Positions 8,854 through 19,837 of a DNA stretch of 59,894 nt are shown here, one piece after another (position 1 is the stretch's first letter; each line of letters begins with the position of its first letter). Source of the stretch: a virus. Location: positions 1 through 59,894 of IMG/VR virus record IMGVR_UViG_3300045988_042358. One strand, given 5' to 3'. The notes under the pieces are model-generated. The model ran no database searches. It was given only the letters and a program-made list of their open reading frames with translations, and had not been told where the DNA came from. A program made the position numbers and the translations under genes.

Positions 8854-8893
8854 TTTTAATCTCCTATTTTCTTCAAGTTTCGGTTGATGTATT

Positions 8894-9118
8894 TTAATCT
8901 TTTCTCTCGTGGTTTATATTGTTATATCTTTTTCTCAATGCGTTCTGCACCCTGTTCATACCCCTGAAGCCACCGGCAATAAAAGCTATCTCTGCTCTAT
9001 TTTCCGTTGCTTTTGTTTCCGCTTCCATATCGTGTAGTCCGTACTCTGCCTGAATAATTTCATTTGCAGTAATTCTTTTTAAGACTTCTTCACATTTCTT
9101 CTTACTTAAAATCTTCAT
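8894..9118 (-). CDS. hypothetical protein
   Basis: 74-aa ORF in the operon. Confidence 0.45.
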   Translation of the reverse strand: MKILSKKKCEEVLKRITANEIIQAEYGLHDMEAETKATENRAEIAFIAGGFRGMNRVQNALRKRYNNINHERKD

Positions 9119-9420
9119 TCTGAACCACCCTTTCCATTCCTATATTCTTCTATTGCCTTGTCAACTCTATCTTTACCCCAATCCGCACTACAATACCACT
9201 CAACAGCTTTGAAAACAGGGCTTAACATTTCAAAGAGTGTTTCCACTCTTATTTTAGCTGATTTGATATATTCGACTAACCGCCTTGTATCTTTTGCCAC
9301 ATCTTCATATCCGTTTTGGTTAAGATAATCAGCCATTTCTTCCAATAATTCAATGTTGCTGTACTGCATAAGGTCATCAATGTCTTTTGAATATAAATAA
9401 TTCCAACTTCCACCGCTCAT
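9115..9420 (-). CDS. hypothetical acidic protein
   Basis: 101-aa ORF with 4-nt overlaps on both neighbours. Confidence 0.5.
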   Translation of the reverse strand: MSGGSWNYLYSKDIDDLMQYSNIELLEEMADYLNQNGYEDVAKDTRRLVEYIKSAKIRVETLFEMLSPVFKAVEWYCSADWGKDRVDKAIEEYRNGKGGSE

Positions 9421-9938
9421 TCGTTCTCACCCGCTTTCAATAAATCCATAAATTTCTCATACTGTTTCTGCGATACCTTGTTATGCTCTTTTTCTGGCTT
9501 TAAGCGGATTATAAGGTGCTTTTCAGCGATAGAAGATAATTCCCTTGCTAACACCTTTTTACCTTGTTGTATGCCTTGCATATAGCCTTTAGGTGCTTTT
9601 CTCTCACCTATTGAACCACTAGCACGATTGCCACCCTGTCCGCCAATGCTAACATTCCTAAGCTGATAACCATTATCAGCATACAGTTTGATGTAATACT
9701 TTTCCTTTTCGTCAAGCTGACTTTCGGGAAAATTCAGAAATTCAACTCGCCAACCATAAGGGTTTTTCTCTTTGTCATACAGCTTATGCTTGCGCAAGCT
9801 AAGGTCTATGTGCTGTTCATAGCCTACAAGGTGGCTTGCCAATCTGCTAAGTGTATGTACCGCCTGTCCGATATAAGCGTACTTAAATCCGTTTTCATCT
9901 TCTCGGAGCAAGAAGTATATTCCACTTTTGTCATTCAA
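9417..9938 (-). CDS. GIY-YIG nuclease domain protein
   Basis: GIYFLL...YAYIGQA...EKEKYYIKLY...GYQLRN. TTG start. Confidence 0.7.
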   Translation of the reverse strand: MNDKSGIYFLLREDENGFKYAYIGQAVHTLSRLASHLVGYEQHIDLSLRKHKLYDKEKNPYGWRVEFLNFPESQLDEKEKYYIKLYADNGYQLRNVSIGGQGGNRASGSIGERKAPKGYMQGIQQGKKVLARELSSIAEKHLIIRLKPEKEHNKVSQKQYEKFMDLLKAGENE

Positions 9939-10029
9939 CTTTGGATTTATCTTTAGAAGTCGCTTTCGATTCTTTGATTCTATGGCTTTTGCCTGTCTTA
10001 ACTTTTTGTAATCCGTCTTTAATCACTCC

Positions 10030-11242
<1,213 letters not shown>

Positions 11243-11253
11243 AATTACACCTC

Positions 11254-11685
11254 TTAATTAAATGGTAATCCATCATCAATTCCATCAGGAATATTCATAA
11301 ATCCGTCATCGTCAGTAGGTGCCGGTCTTGAACTGCTGCCATTATCGCTATTACTGTTTGAATTTTTGCTTTCGCAGAACTCGTGTCTTTCAACAACGCA
11401 ATCATTAGTGTAAACTTTCTGTCCGTCTTTGTTGGTATAGTTGCCTGTCTGCCATCTGCCCTCAACAATAATCTTAGTTCCCTGGTGCAAATACTTCTCT
11501 GCAAACTCTCCATTCTTGCCAAATGCGATGCAGTTAATAAAGTCTGCTGCCTGTTCGCCCTCTTTCTTGAAAGCTCTGTCAACAGCTAATGTGTACCTTG
11601 CTACTGCCACACTTCCATTTACTGTCTGTGAATATCTAACATCAACATCTCTAACAACTCTTCCTGAAATTATCACTTTATTCAT
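11254..11685 (-). CDS. ssb: single-stranded DNA-binding protein
   Basis: MNKVIISGRVVRDVDVRY...INCIAFGKNGEFAEKYLHQGTKIIVEGRWQTGNYT, with the acidic tail DDGLPF. Confidence 0.9.
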   Translation of the reverse strand: MNKVIISGRVVRDVDVRYSQTVNGSVAVARYTLAVDRAFKKEGEQAADFINCIAFGKNGEFAEKYLHQGTKIIVEGRWQTGNYTNKDGQKVYTNDCVVERHEFCESKNSNSNSDNGSSSRPAPTDDDGFMNIPDGIDDGLPFN

Positions 11686-12184
11686 ATTTTTTCCTCTTGC
11701 TTTCTGAAATTCGTTTTCTGGTTTCTTCACTTCTTTTTTGCCCTGTATGATGATATATTGTATGCGCCGAATTTGTCATCATACATAAATTTTCAATTCT
11801 GTTATCATTTTTTATCCCGTTCAAATGATGTATGCAGCAATTTTGCGGTACTTCTATTCCTGTGGCTTTTTCATAAACTACGATATGTTCCATAACGTAT
11901 CCACCTTTATCTGCTCTTTTATGTTCTGGCATTAATATTTGAACGTATCCTTTTCTTGTTTTCCTAACGCCGCCATTCCAATTACTAGCATTTTTACCAC
12001 TTTTGGCTTTTGACCTGTTCAAAAACTCAATTTCTTCATCTCTCTTTAAATTAAGTGAATAAGCTTTTTTATAGATTGCCAAAAATGTTTTATTAGGAAA
12101 TAAGGCGATTAATTCATCATTTGTTAAGCGAGAATATTTATCTTTTAATAAAAGGACTTCCTCCTCACTCCATTTGGGATTCAT
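11678..12184 (-). CDS. HNH homing endonuclease
   Basis: GYVMEHIVVYEKATG...CCIHHLNGIKNDNRIENLCMMTNSAHTIYHH. Start at MNPKWSEEE. Confidence 0.8.
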   Translation of the reverse strand: MNPKWSEEEVLLLKDKYSRLTNDELIALFPNKTFLAIYKKAYSLNLKRDEEIEFLNRSKAKSGKNASNWNGGVRKTRKGYVQILMPEHKRADKGGYVMEHIVVYEKATGIEVPQNCCIHHLNGIKNDNRIENLCMMTNSAHTIYHHTGQKRSEETRKRISESKRKKYE

Positions 12185-12200
12185 AGTTATTATCTCCTTT

Positions 12201-12929
12201 CTAAAAAGGGCACTCATTAGGATTAGCAAGTAACCATTCCTTGTTGCGCTCTGCAACATCTACATTCGCCCCATAAGCAACTTTTTTCATCTTCTCGATA
12301 AAACTATCTTTATCAGAATTTTCACTTGATAGATGGCACATTATGACGTTCTGCAAACTATCTGAATAATTCGCTTTAACAAAATCGCAAGCCGTGTCAA
12401 TGCTTAAGTGACCTCTAAAAACGTGATTAGCTTTGCCTGTGTTATCCCTGTCGATTAAATCCTTGTCATAATTCACACCTAAGAGAATGTGATTTATGTC
12501 TCTAAACCTCCACTTGACAACTTCGCAATCGGTTATGTAAAGCATTCGCCCCATTTCCTTGTGAGTTATCAGAAAGCCATATATTGGACAAGGTGTTCCG
12601 TCTGCATTGGTGTGTGTCCAGCTTCCGTCTATTGTTGTTAGGCCAAAGGGCTGTACTCTAAAATCTCCATTACCAATTTTCATAGGTTTTTCGCTTATGT
12701 ATGGTGCAAATACAGGTATTCCCATAGCTTCAAAATCTTTTACTGACTTGCTATGGTCAAGGTGCTTATGGGTGCATAACACACCCACAATATCTTTAAC
12801 ATTCCAATTCAAGCCTTTTTTAACTTCCTTAATCGGTATTCCGCAATCAAGGATAAGTGTTTCTCCACTGTTGGAAGTTAGCAGATAGCAATTTCCGGCT
12901 GACGATGAGCCTAAGCATTTAAGTTTCAT
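12201..12929 (-). CDS. metallo-beta-lactamase fold hydrolase/nuclease
   Basis: MKLKCLGSSSAGNCYLL...LILDCG...CTHKHLDHSKS (HxHxDH). Confidence 0.8.
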   Translation of the reverse strand: MKLKCLGSSSAGNCYLLTSNSGETLILDCGIPIKEVKKGLNWNVKDIVGVLCTHKHLDHSKSVKDFEAMGIPVFAPYISEKPMKIGNGDFRVQPFGLTTIDGSWTHTNADGTPCPIYGFLITHKEMGRMLYITDCEVVKWRFRDINHILLGVNYDKDLIDRDNTGKANHVFRGHLSIDTACDFVKANYSDSLQNVIMCHLSSENSDKDSFIEKMKKVAYGANVDVAERNKEWLLANPNECPF

Positions 12930-13264
12930 ATGCAACCTCCGCAACAACCATAAGGCACATTAGTAGTAAATACCTCGTCTATTTCGCTTGCATACTTGCG
13001 GTATTCTTCAGGTATTTCAGATACATCTATTTGCCATTCTCCTTTATAGGCTTCATAGTTTCTAATATATCCGCCGGAGTGCCAAAATATAGGATATATG
13101 CCTTTGCGCTCACTCATTCCGCTACAATACATGCTCCCGAATATTACTTTTTCTCCGTCAATTTCGAGTGTCAAATCTCCACAGCATAAATTAGGATATT
13201 TACCTGTGTAGCTTATGAATTTGACATGCTCGGTTACATTTTCTTTATTTGAATTGATTAGCAT
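12926..13264 (-). CDS. hypothetical protein
   Basis: ATG 13264 lies 5 nt after GAGGTG. No motif recognised. Confidence 0.45.
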   Translation of the reverse strand: MLINSNKENVTEHVKFISYTGKYPNLCCGDLTLEIDGEKVIFGSMYCSGMSERKGIYPIFWHSGGYIRNYEAYKGEWQIDVSEIPEEYRKYASEIDEVFTTNVPYGCCGGCI

Positions 13265-13266
13265 AC

Positions 13267-13548
13267 TCACACCTCGATTTCATCATCCTGTGGGAACTGA
13301 AAAACAATATTTCTATGGTAAATTCCATGCGTAAATTCTATGGCTTCATTTATCCATGCTTTTCTAAGCATTTCCATAGCCTTAATTGCCTTTGCTTCGG
13401 TGGAATATTCAGCTAGCATAATGTCGCTAGTCAAGTCTTCTACTCCTGATAAATTACGGTTCAAAAAATAAATAGCATTTCTGAACTCCTGAATAACTAC
13501 CATTTCATATGGAACATCTAATGTTCCGTCCTGTGAAATTACTCTCAT
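13267..13548 (-). CDS. hypothetical protein
   Basis: ATG 13548 follows a GGGGGA RBS. Confidence 0.45.
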   Translation of the reverse strand: MRVISQDGTLDVPYEMVVIQEFRNAIYFLNRNLSGVEDLTSDIMLAEYSTEAKAIKAMEMLRKAWINEAIEFTHGIYHRNIVFQFPQDDEIEV

Positions 13549-13559
13549 ACTCAATCCCC

Positions 13560-14297
13560 CTATTCTGCCTGCATGAACGGTGGCAGTTCCTCTGACTGCT
13601 TGTCGGCTGTGTCGGTCGGCTCTACATCAATTATGTTGTCCTCGTCAAAATCTACTGTGTTTGCGTTTTCTTTAATCTCATCAGCAACAACCTTTTCTGT
13701 ATCAAGTTTTACATCTGATACATTCTGAAATTCCTCTTGTGCATATAAACCTTGAAATCTATCTGGAAATGCTTCTCTTAAAGCCTGTACAACAGCTACT
13801 TTTCTAATCATTGTGGCTGGCTTTTTCGCCCATTGGCTGTTAAGCGAGCCGTCTTTTTTTCTTCCTGCGTACTCATCAAAACCTACTGACTGATACTCGT
13901 CCTCTTTTCCGTCAATAAAGATTTTCGCCCAGCCACCTACGATAGTTTCGTTAGGTAAAACCATTGTTCCCTCTCGTTCTTCAACAGCTCCGTCCTTTTT
14001 AATTACAATAATTCCTGCTTTCTTCCCCTTATATCGTGGGTCCGCATTGGCTCTCTTTGTAAAAACATCTTTTCCAGTAACTATTGTGGCTGGGTCGTTG
14101 CTTCCATACTTAATAAGGTATGCTTCTCTCAAAAACGGATTTAAGTGCTGGTATCTGCATAATGACATAAACATCATTACTTCTCCATCAGATACATTGC
14201 CACCGCCACTTACAAGGTATCTTTTTATCATTGTCGGAGAAATTTTTACCATTTCCCCATTTGATTCATACTCGACCATCTGTGTATTCTCTGCCAT
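13560..14297 (-). CDS. recT: RecT/Bet-type single-strand annealing recombinase
   Basis: LNPFLREAYLIKYG...GGWAKIF...NSQWAKKPATMIRKVAVVQALREAFPDRFQGLY. AGGAGG RBS. Confidence 0.8.
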   Translation of the reverse strand: MAENTQMVEYESNGEMVKISPTMIKRYLVSGGGNVSDGEVMMFMSLCRYQHLNPFLREAYLIKYGSNDPATIVTGKDVFTKRANADPRYKGKKAGIIVIKKDGAVEEREGTMVLPNETIVGGWAKIFIDGKEDEYQSVGFDEYAGRKKDGSLNSQWAKKPATMIRKVAVVQALREAFPDRFQGLYAQEEFQNVSDVKLDTEKVVADEIKENANTVDFDEDNIIDVEPTDTADKQSEELPPFMQAE

Positions 14298-14308
14298 AAT
14301 TAATCCTC

Positions 14309-14464
14309 CTAAATCTCATTAAAAACCTGAACCGCAAACAGTTCATTAGGTGTCTGCTTGAATAAAACTCCGTCAGATATGACTGTATACATATATCCGT
14401 CATACTTAAGCTCTACAGTATGTTTCTTACCGCCCATGTAATAGTTTCTCTTCTTAATACTCAT
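14309..14464 (-). CDS. hypothetical small protein
   Basis: Start at MSIKKRNYY after GGAGGT. The ORF is open to 14524. Confidence 0.4.
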   Translation of the reverse strand: MSIKKRNYYMGGKKHTVELKYDGYMYTVISDGVLFKQTPNELFAVQVFNEI

Positions 14465-14474
14465 GTTGAACCTC

Positions 14475-14630
14475 CTATAATCCAAGTAACTTTTTGAGCA
14501 TTTCTCTTGCTCTCTCGGCTTCATCTTTCACCTGTTCCTCACTTTTATCAGCAGGTCTAATTACCATTTCGTACTCTTCCTCCGAAAGTTCCTCTTTAAG
14601 CGCACATAAAACAGTAACTGTCTCTGCCAT
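14475..14630 (-). CDS. hypothetical small acidic protein (51 aa, below the ORF-track cutoff)
   Basis: ATG-initiated ORF that fills the gap after the ATPase gene. Weak RBS. Confidence 0.3.
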   Translation of the reverse strand: MAETVTVLCALKEELSEEEYEMVIRPADKSEEQVKDEAERAREMLKKLLGL

Positions 14631-14686
14631 AACATTGCTTCTTGTACCTCTAAATGTAACTTTTCAGTCTTCTGCTTTAATCATTT

Positions 14687-16669
14687 CTATACCTCCATAT
14701 TTTCAATCACAAGCTCTTTGTCCTGTGTATGCTTTAACAAGATTAGCTGGTTATCAATCTGTGGTATTCTCCAATCGTCAACACTCTCTGTATCATCAAT
14801 AATAATTGGGAAATTAACGTTTGCTACTTTCTGAAAAGCTCGGCATATGTCAACTTCTGTCAGCACCCTTGCACCATGATTGAGATTTCTTGCATATGCT
14901 TCGCCATTGTAAACAAAGTCGCAGCACTCCTCGGTATCACCATTTAAGAGCGGTCTGAAAAGCTTTGCTGTGGCAAAATCCAGATACTTATTAACATCAG
15001 CCTGTAAGAGTTCGTTCTTCTTACGCGTAAACTCTTTCAACAAGTCAAGTTTTCTCTCCCAATCAGCAATCTCCTGGTTGAGGTCTTTTCTCTTATCCTC
15101 AAGGTCGGCTATGCTATCGTCTATACGCTTATTATTCGCCACACCAAGCTCAATCTTTGTATCAACTGATGAAACTTGCCTTAACAGTTCGTTTCGCTCG
15201 TTTTTGAGCTTTCTGATAAGCTCCGATGTATCGTTTTCGTCTGCAAGGGCTTTCTCTTTTTCCTCGATTTCAGCTTTAAGTGCCTGATACTCACTGTTGC
15301 CTGTCATGTCAATATCAGTAGGTACCATTCCAAGCTCTTTAGCGATGTTATCACGTTCAAACTCGTCAGCAACAGTATCACGCTTTTCTGTCAGCTCCTT
15401 AAGTTCTGCTTCAAGGTCAGCTATTTCTTTCTTCTTGTCCTCAATAGCCTGTTTGAGTTCCTTGCTGTCATTTGATAATGAATTGCCCTTATCCTCAAGC
15501 TCTTTAAGCTTCTTCAATTTTTTATCACTAAAATCAGTTCTCAAACTCTCTATTGTATCTTCCGGCAATCTCTGACCACACATCGGACAATTAACACTGC
15601 TTTCATCAAAGGAAAGTGCCTTTGTTTTTTTCCAGTCAGCACGTACCTTTGCTAAGTTCTCTGTGCAAAATCTAACCGAACCTTCAAAGTTTTCAATGTC
15701 AGCCTTTTTAGTTCTTATTATTGACTCTCCTTTGCGAATTGAAGCGTTGAAATCATCAAGCTGTAACTGTAGCTCCATGCGCTTTTTCTGATTGTCGGCA
15801 TTGGCTTTTCTCTCCATGTCTGAAAGCTCAAACTTAAGGTTCATAATGTCCTCTGTAGCTTTCTGTTTGTCCTTTAAAATCTTATTGTAGTCGGACAGCT
15901 TATCTTCGATTTCATTAAGCCGTGGCTCGTAGGTTTTCTTTTGCAATTCAAGTTCCGCAAGGTCTGTATACTCATTGGTGGAATGGATTGTATCAATCCT
16001 TGTTGAGATTTCGTCTCTTTCCTTGACAAGTCCTTTTGAGCCATTCCTACCGCCTGTGCCGTTTAGCTTGCCACGACATACTTTTTTGAGCTGGTCTACA
16101 TCGCCATCATCAAACATCGGCTTGAGTTCAGCAAACTGCGGAAACATATCGCAGATTTCAGGATTTTTGTGTGTGCCAAAAAAAGTTGAGAGTGCTATTC
16201 TTTGATTCGTTGGCGATTTAAGCAACAATGTCATAGCGTTAAGACAAAATGGCAATATCTTGAGGTCTGCGATATTATCATTAATAAACTCGTTGTATTC
16301 AACCATTTTGTATGTAACATCATTGACATAGTAATCTGTGTGTCCTGAACAAACTTCGCCGTCCTTATTTCTTCCTTGTCTTGTGATTTTTTTCAGAGTC
16401 TTTGCTTTTCCGTCAATCTCAAAGGTAACAGCTCTTATAATGTCAACATCGTCAATCTCAATTCCACATTCGTCATGTGGTCTTATGCCTGTAATCTCTC
16501 TGTCATTCTCATCGTGACAATTCAGCACATCAAGAATAATCCTCTTAACTGTTGATTTGCCGACTTCATTCTGACCGGACAGCACAGTTTTCATAGAAAA
16601 ATCTGTGTCTAGTGTGTCTTTGCCGTAGAATTTACAAAAATTCTGTGCAAAAATATGTGTAATCTTCAT
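14687..16669 (-). CDS. SbcC/Rad50-like AAA ATPase with coiled coil and zinc hook
   Basis: Walker A SGQNEVGKST, a long heptad-rich centre, a CPMCGQ hook-like motif and a C-terminal IIIDD Walker B-like motif. Confidence 0.7.
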   Translation of the reverse strand: MKITHIFAQNFCKFYGKDTLDTDFSMKTVLSGQNEVGKSTVKRIILDVLNCHDENDREITGIRPHDECGIEIDDVDIIRAVTFEIDGKAKTLKKITRQGRNKDGEVCSGHTDYYVNDVTYKMVEYNEFINDNIADLKILPFCLNAMTLLLKSPTNQRIALSTFFGTHKNPEICDMFPQFAELKPMFDDGDVDQLKKVCRGKLNGTGGRNGSKGLVKERDEISTRIDTIHSTNEYTDLAELELQKKTYEPRLNEIEDKLSDYNKILKDKQKATEDIMNLKFELSDMERKANADNQKKRMELQLQLDDFNASIRKGESIIRTKKADIENFEGSVRFCTENLAKVRADWKKTKALSFDESSVNCPMCGQRLPEDTIESLRTDFSDKKLKKLKELEDKGNSLSNDSKELKQAIEDKKKEIADLEAELKELTEKRDTVADEFERDNIAKELGMVPTDIDMTGNSEYQALKAEIEEKEKALADENDTSELIRKLKNERNELLRQVSSVDTKIELGVANNKRIDDSIADLEDKRKDLNQEIADWERKLDLLKEFTRKKNELLQADVNKYLDFATAKLFRPLLNGDTEECCDFVYNGEAYARNLNHGARVLTEVDICRAFQKVANVNFPIIIDDTESVDDWRIPQIDNQLILLKHTQDKELVIENMEV

Positions 16670-16685
16670 TGCGTTTCCTCTCTTT

Positions 16686-16889
16686 CTATTTGTTTATGGT
16701 TTTCAGAATCAAATTTCCGTGTAGGCTTGATTTTTTAACAACTCTCAAATACGAGTCCGACTCCGATACAAAAAGCCACTCACTAGCCACATAATGGGCC
16801 TTGTTGAGCAATAGCTTCTGCTCTCTTGTTAATGGCTTCAATCTGTATCTCGTATCGCCTAACCTAATTCGTCTTACATTGTCGCTCAT
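16686..16889 (-). CDS. hypothetical protein
   Basis: 67-aa ORF in the operon. Confidence 0.4.
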   Translation of the reverse strand: MSDNVRRIRLGDTRYRLKPLTREQKLLLNKAHYVASEWLFVSESDSYLRVVKKSSLHGNLILKTINK

Positions 16890-17040
16890 TTAGCTTCTCC
16901 ATTTCTTTGTCCAACAGTGCTTGAAAGTCAAATGATTTATCTTTGTGCCGTTTAGCTCGATATAATTCTTGTAGGTAATCGTTAGCACTCTGACGTTTCA
17001 ATTGGCTACCAATCGCAGTAGATGTCAAGGTTTCCATTTC
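16864..17040 (-). CDS. hypothetical protein
   Basis: Start at METLTST after AAGGGAG. Confidence 0.4.
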   Translation of the reverse strand, partial: EMETLTSTAIGSQLKRQSANDYLQELYRAKRHKDKSFDFQALLDKEMEKLNERQCKTN

Positions 17041-17515
17041 CGCTCCCTTCGTCATATACAATTCCTTGTATGCCAACAGGAGTATCAACTACGGTTCCGT
17101 GCGGTAAATCATCACTCGCAATTACTGCATACTCGTTTTCATCTACAACAAGTCCATATTTGTTTAGATGTCTGCCCGGAATATTGAGCCCACCTCCAGG
17201 TAACACTCTCTGTGAGTACCACGTATATGTGTAATCACCATATCTGACTCGCCCCAGCTTCTTAAACCGGCTACAACTGTATTTCTTACGGCAAGTTGGA
17301 ACTATTGGCTCATTATAGGTCTGCTCAACTACAACCGGCTCATTCTCAACCACTGTCGGTTCAATCTTTCCTAGCATTACGCTATTTAAATAGGAAGTAA
17401 CACCGGCTGTCAGCTCAACTTTGCTATCTGCTTTCGTTGCTATTGGCTTTAAGGTCATAGTTCCAATTATTAAAGTCGATAATATCAATATCCTTTTTCT
17501 TCTCATGCGGTTCAC
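17006..17515 (-). CDS. secreted 3D-domain (MltA/RlpA-like) cell-wall-binding or hydrolase protein
   Basis: Signal peptide MRRKRILILSTLIIGTMTLKPIATKA. C-terminal region YTYTWYSQRVLPGGGLNIPGRH...VIASDDLPHGTVV...GIVYDEGSG..LDIY. Confidence 0.55.
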   Translation of the reverse strand: MNRMRRKRILILSTLIIGTMTLKPIATKADSKVELTAGVTSYLNSVMLGKIEPTVVENEPVVVEQTYNEPIVPTCRKKYSCSRFKKLGRVRYGDYTYTWYSQRVLPGGGLNIPGRHLNKYGLVVDENEYAVIASDDLPHGTVVDTPVGIQGIVYDEGSGNGNLDIYCDW

Positions 17516-17702
17516 CCTCCTCTATGAGACATATTGCAATCAGTATCAGCCAAAATACTGTTACGATTGCTCCAACGATAATACTCGCTGTCTTAATTCC
17601 GTATGCCACAGACAGTCCAAGGAAAAATACAAATGCCAATGCCCCGAAAATCGAATAGCCACAGCCGGTGTAAAACTTCTCTTTTAAAGTTCTTTTTCTC
17701 AT
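17424..17702 (-). CDS. hypothetical membrane protein
   Basis: Two hydrophobic helices. Its 3' end overlaps the next gene by 92 nt. Confidence 0.45.
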   Translation of the reverse strand: MRKRTLKEKFYTGCGYSIFGALAFVFFLGLSVAYGIKTASIIVGAIVTVFWLILIAICLIEEGEPHEKKKDIDIIDFNNWNYDLKANSNESR

Positions 17703-17714
17703 ACAATCACCTCA

Positions 17715-18431
17715 CTATGCAAAGCTCTGTTGAGCGTTTGCGTCATGAATAAGCTCATCAAGATACTTAGGTACGACATAGCAATCAATAAACTCATGCA
17801 CATCGTCTATATACTTTCTCTTGATACTCTTATAAGTAGATACACAACCATACTCACGCTTTAACTGCGTCCATATGTCAGAAAATGTCTTGTGCCTGAT
17901 ACTGTTATCCCTGTATGCTTCGCTCTGCTTGCCACCAAGGATATTTACAACTCTGCGCTTAACATGCTGTTGTATCTCATCAATATCGCAACTGTAAAGT
18001 GGTACATTTTCCTTAAGCTCGCTCACATCATCTTTGATGTCGTTTACTTTCTGCTCTAATTCTGTATAGCCCTGTGCCAAAAGTTGTATCTGACCGCCCG
18101 TTGTCTTTGGCATACCATAACTGCCTGTTTTTCTGATTGACGGAAGTACCTCTGATGTCACCCATTTACGAAACTTCTTAGCATTAGGCTTGTCGCTTCT
18201 AAGAATTACTGCATACAAACCGCTTTCTGTTATGAAATTTGTCTCTCCGGCTCGACTGCCTAGATTTAATCTAGTCAGTTCATCTTCATCTAATCTCTTT
18301 GCTACATCTGTAGCATTTTTGATTTCCAATGCCTTGCAAATATCAATCAAGCAAAACATAGGTTCATCATTTATTACTGCTGTTCGGATTTCTCCAAACT
18401 CTTCATTATTGAAAATTTGTAAATCGTTCAT
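17715..18431 (-). CDS. Bro-N domain antirepressor
   Basis: LQIFNNEEFGEIRTAVINDEPMFCLIDICKALEI...ESGLYAVILRSDKPNAKKFRKWVTSEVLPSIRKTG. Confidence 0.85.
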   Translation of the reverse strand: MNDLQIFNNEEFGEIRTAVINDEPMFCLIDICKALEIKNATDVAKRLDEDELTRLNLGSRAGETNFITESGLYAVILRSDKPNAKKFRKWVTSEVLPSIRKTGSYGMPKTTGGQIQLLAQGYTELEQKVNDIKDDVSELKENVPLYSCDIDEIQQHVKRRVVNILGGKQSEAYRDNSIRHKTFSDIWTQLKREYGCVSTYKSIKRKYIDDVHEFIDCYVVPKYLDELIHDANAQQSFA

Positions 18432-18488
18432 GTTTTCTCCTTTCTGTGGTATAATCCTCTTATTCTAAATAAGAAAAGAGGTGTAAAT

Positions 18489-18680
18489 ATGGCTACTGAA
18501 CAATGTGTGTCAGCTTATGCTACTGCTAAAATTTGTGGTTTTAACGGCTCATATAGTGATTTCAAAAAACTGTACGACCAATACTGTGATGAAATTATCA
18601 AAACATTGCCTAATGAAAAACCACAATTAGCAAAAGTCGAACCAGCTAACAATCCATTCCGTACCCTAAATTACTTCTAA
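18489..18680 (+). CDS. hypothetical protein (plus strand)
   Basis: AAGAGGTG RBS 6 nt before the ATG. Divergent from the Bro gene. Confidence 0.45.
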   Translation: MATEQCVSAYATAKICGFNGSYSDFKKLYDQYCDEIIKTLPNEKPQLAKVEPANNPFRTLNYF

Positions 18681-18903
18681 AAGCTTTAATCACTGGGGAA
18701 ATGGCGGTAAGTGCTTTAATCGACAGTTCAATGTCGGTTTCTTCCGGGTGCTTATCGCCACTTTTGATTTCTCTGTAATCATCAACAATATCCATGGCGA
18801 TATGCTGTGCAAATTCATCAATGCTGATATATCGAGAATCCTCTTTTTCAGCAATTACACTTTTTCCGTCCTTGTCTGTTATTGTGTATCTCTCTTTGCT
18901 CAT
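18646..18903 (-). CDS. hypothetical protein
   Basis: Start at MSKERYT (ATG 18903) after AGGAAG. The ORF is open to 19011. Confidence 0.45.
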   Translation of the reverse strand: MSKERYTITDKDGKSVIAEKEDSRYISIDEFAQHIAMDIVDDYREIKSGDKHPEETDIELSIKALTAISPVIKAFRSNLGYGMDC

Positions 18904-19033
18904 CCAATTCACTTCCTTTCTAAGGTATAATCTCCCTATCTGATGAAACACGAGAGCCAAAATGAGCCTCATAGCCATCTTTAAATTTGATACTCTCGAT
19001 ACCGCCCACATATTTTTGATTTAACTGTAGTGT

Positions 19034-19204
19034 TCACAAGTCTGTGGCAATATCAAACGCATTCAAGTCAATTGTTAGTACAGGAAATCCGGCTCTGTCT
19101 TGTTTCAATTCATAGCTTCTCACTCCGTCTATTTTGTGACCATCAATGCAGATTTCTGTAAAAATCTTTTCGCCCTCAACCTGTCTGATTTCGATTTTCG
19201 ACAT
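19034..19204 (-). CDS. hypothetical protein
   Basis: Start at MSKIEIRQ after AAGGAG. Confidence 0.45.
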   Translation of the reverse strand: MSKIEIRQVEGEKIFTEICIDGHKIDGVRSYELKQDRAGFPVLTIDLNAFDIATDL

Positions 19205-19220
19205 TTCTACTCCTTTCTCT

Positions 19221-19430
19221 CTACTCAATAAAATAAGAAACTTCTACGCCAAAATAATTAGCAATCTTAATTAGCTTGTCTGTTTTTGGCATTGATTTTC
19301 CTGACTTCCAATCCGAAAAAGTACTCCGTGCCATTCCAAGCTCTTCCGACAGTTTGTAAAACGAAACGTCTCTAGCTTTTATGAGCGTATCGAGTTTTTT
19401 AAAGCTCGCCTGTCGTTTTTTCTTATTCAA
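19221..19430 (-). CDS. XRE-family HTH protein, Cro-like
   Basis: FYKLSEELGMARSTFSDWKSGKSMPKTDKLIKIANYFGV. TTG start after AAGGAG. Divergent from the cI-like gene. Confidence 0.75.
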   Translation of the reverse strand: MNKKKRQASFKKLDTLIKARDVSFYKLSEELGMARSTFSDWKSGKSMPKTDKLIKIANYFGVEVSYFIE

Positions 19431-19446
19431 TTTCCCATCTCCTTTC

Positions 19447-19475
19447 TTGACAATAGTTAGGAAATCCGTTACAAT
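19447..19475 (+). promoter_or_regulatory. near-consensus sigma-70-type promoter (TTGACA-17-TACAAT) firing rightward into the switch region
   Basis: TTGACA at 19447-52, a 17-nt spacer containing the operator-like ATAGTTAGGAAATC, and TACAAT at 19470-75. Confidence 0.5.
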
Positions 19476-19801
19476 AAAAGCGCCATATTAGGCAAAATAC
19501 GCTAGGAGGTAAAAACCTTGAAAGCAATTTTGATTTTGCCTGTTCCATATTTGCGAGGTCGCATTTAAAATGTAGCAATCGGTGTAGCGCATTTTGGGCA
19601 GTAAAGCTCGATAAAAAATCATGGTTGGCATGTCCGATAATATGCCGTGCTACGCTAGATACTCCTCTCAATCCGCCAGCTAATGGCAACTAAAATGCTG
19701 AGCTTAAACTGCATAAGTGGCGGAACATTTAAAGAAGCATTGGTACTACACAGTGCGTCGAAAGACTGCAAAATGTATGTGGTGTAAAAAATAAGGCAAC
19801 G

Positions 19802-19837
19802 GCTGTTGGTGGTAGTACACTAACAGCTTTTGTTTTT
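19802..19837 (+). terminator. putative intrinsic terminator inside the switch region
   Basis: GCTGTT-14 nt loop-AACAGC, followed by TTTTGTTTTT. Confidence 0.5.

Noticed and set aside
19423-19689. An 88-aa minus-strand ORF in the switch region.
   Set aside because: It has no RBS, and it runs through the operator/promoter elements and overlaps the cro start. Its composition is unlike the neighbouring genes.
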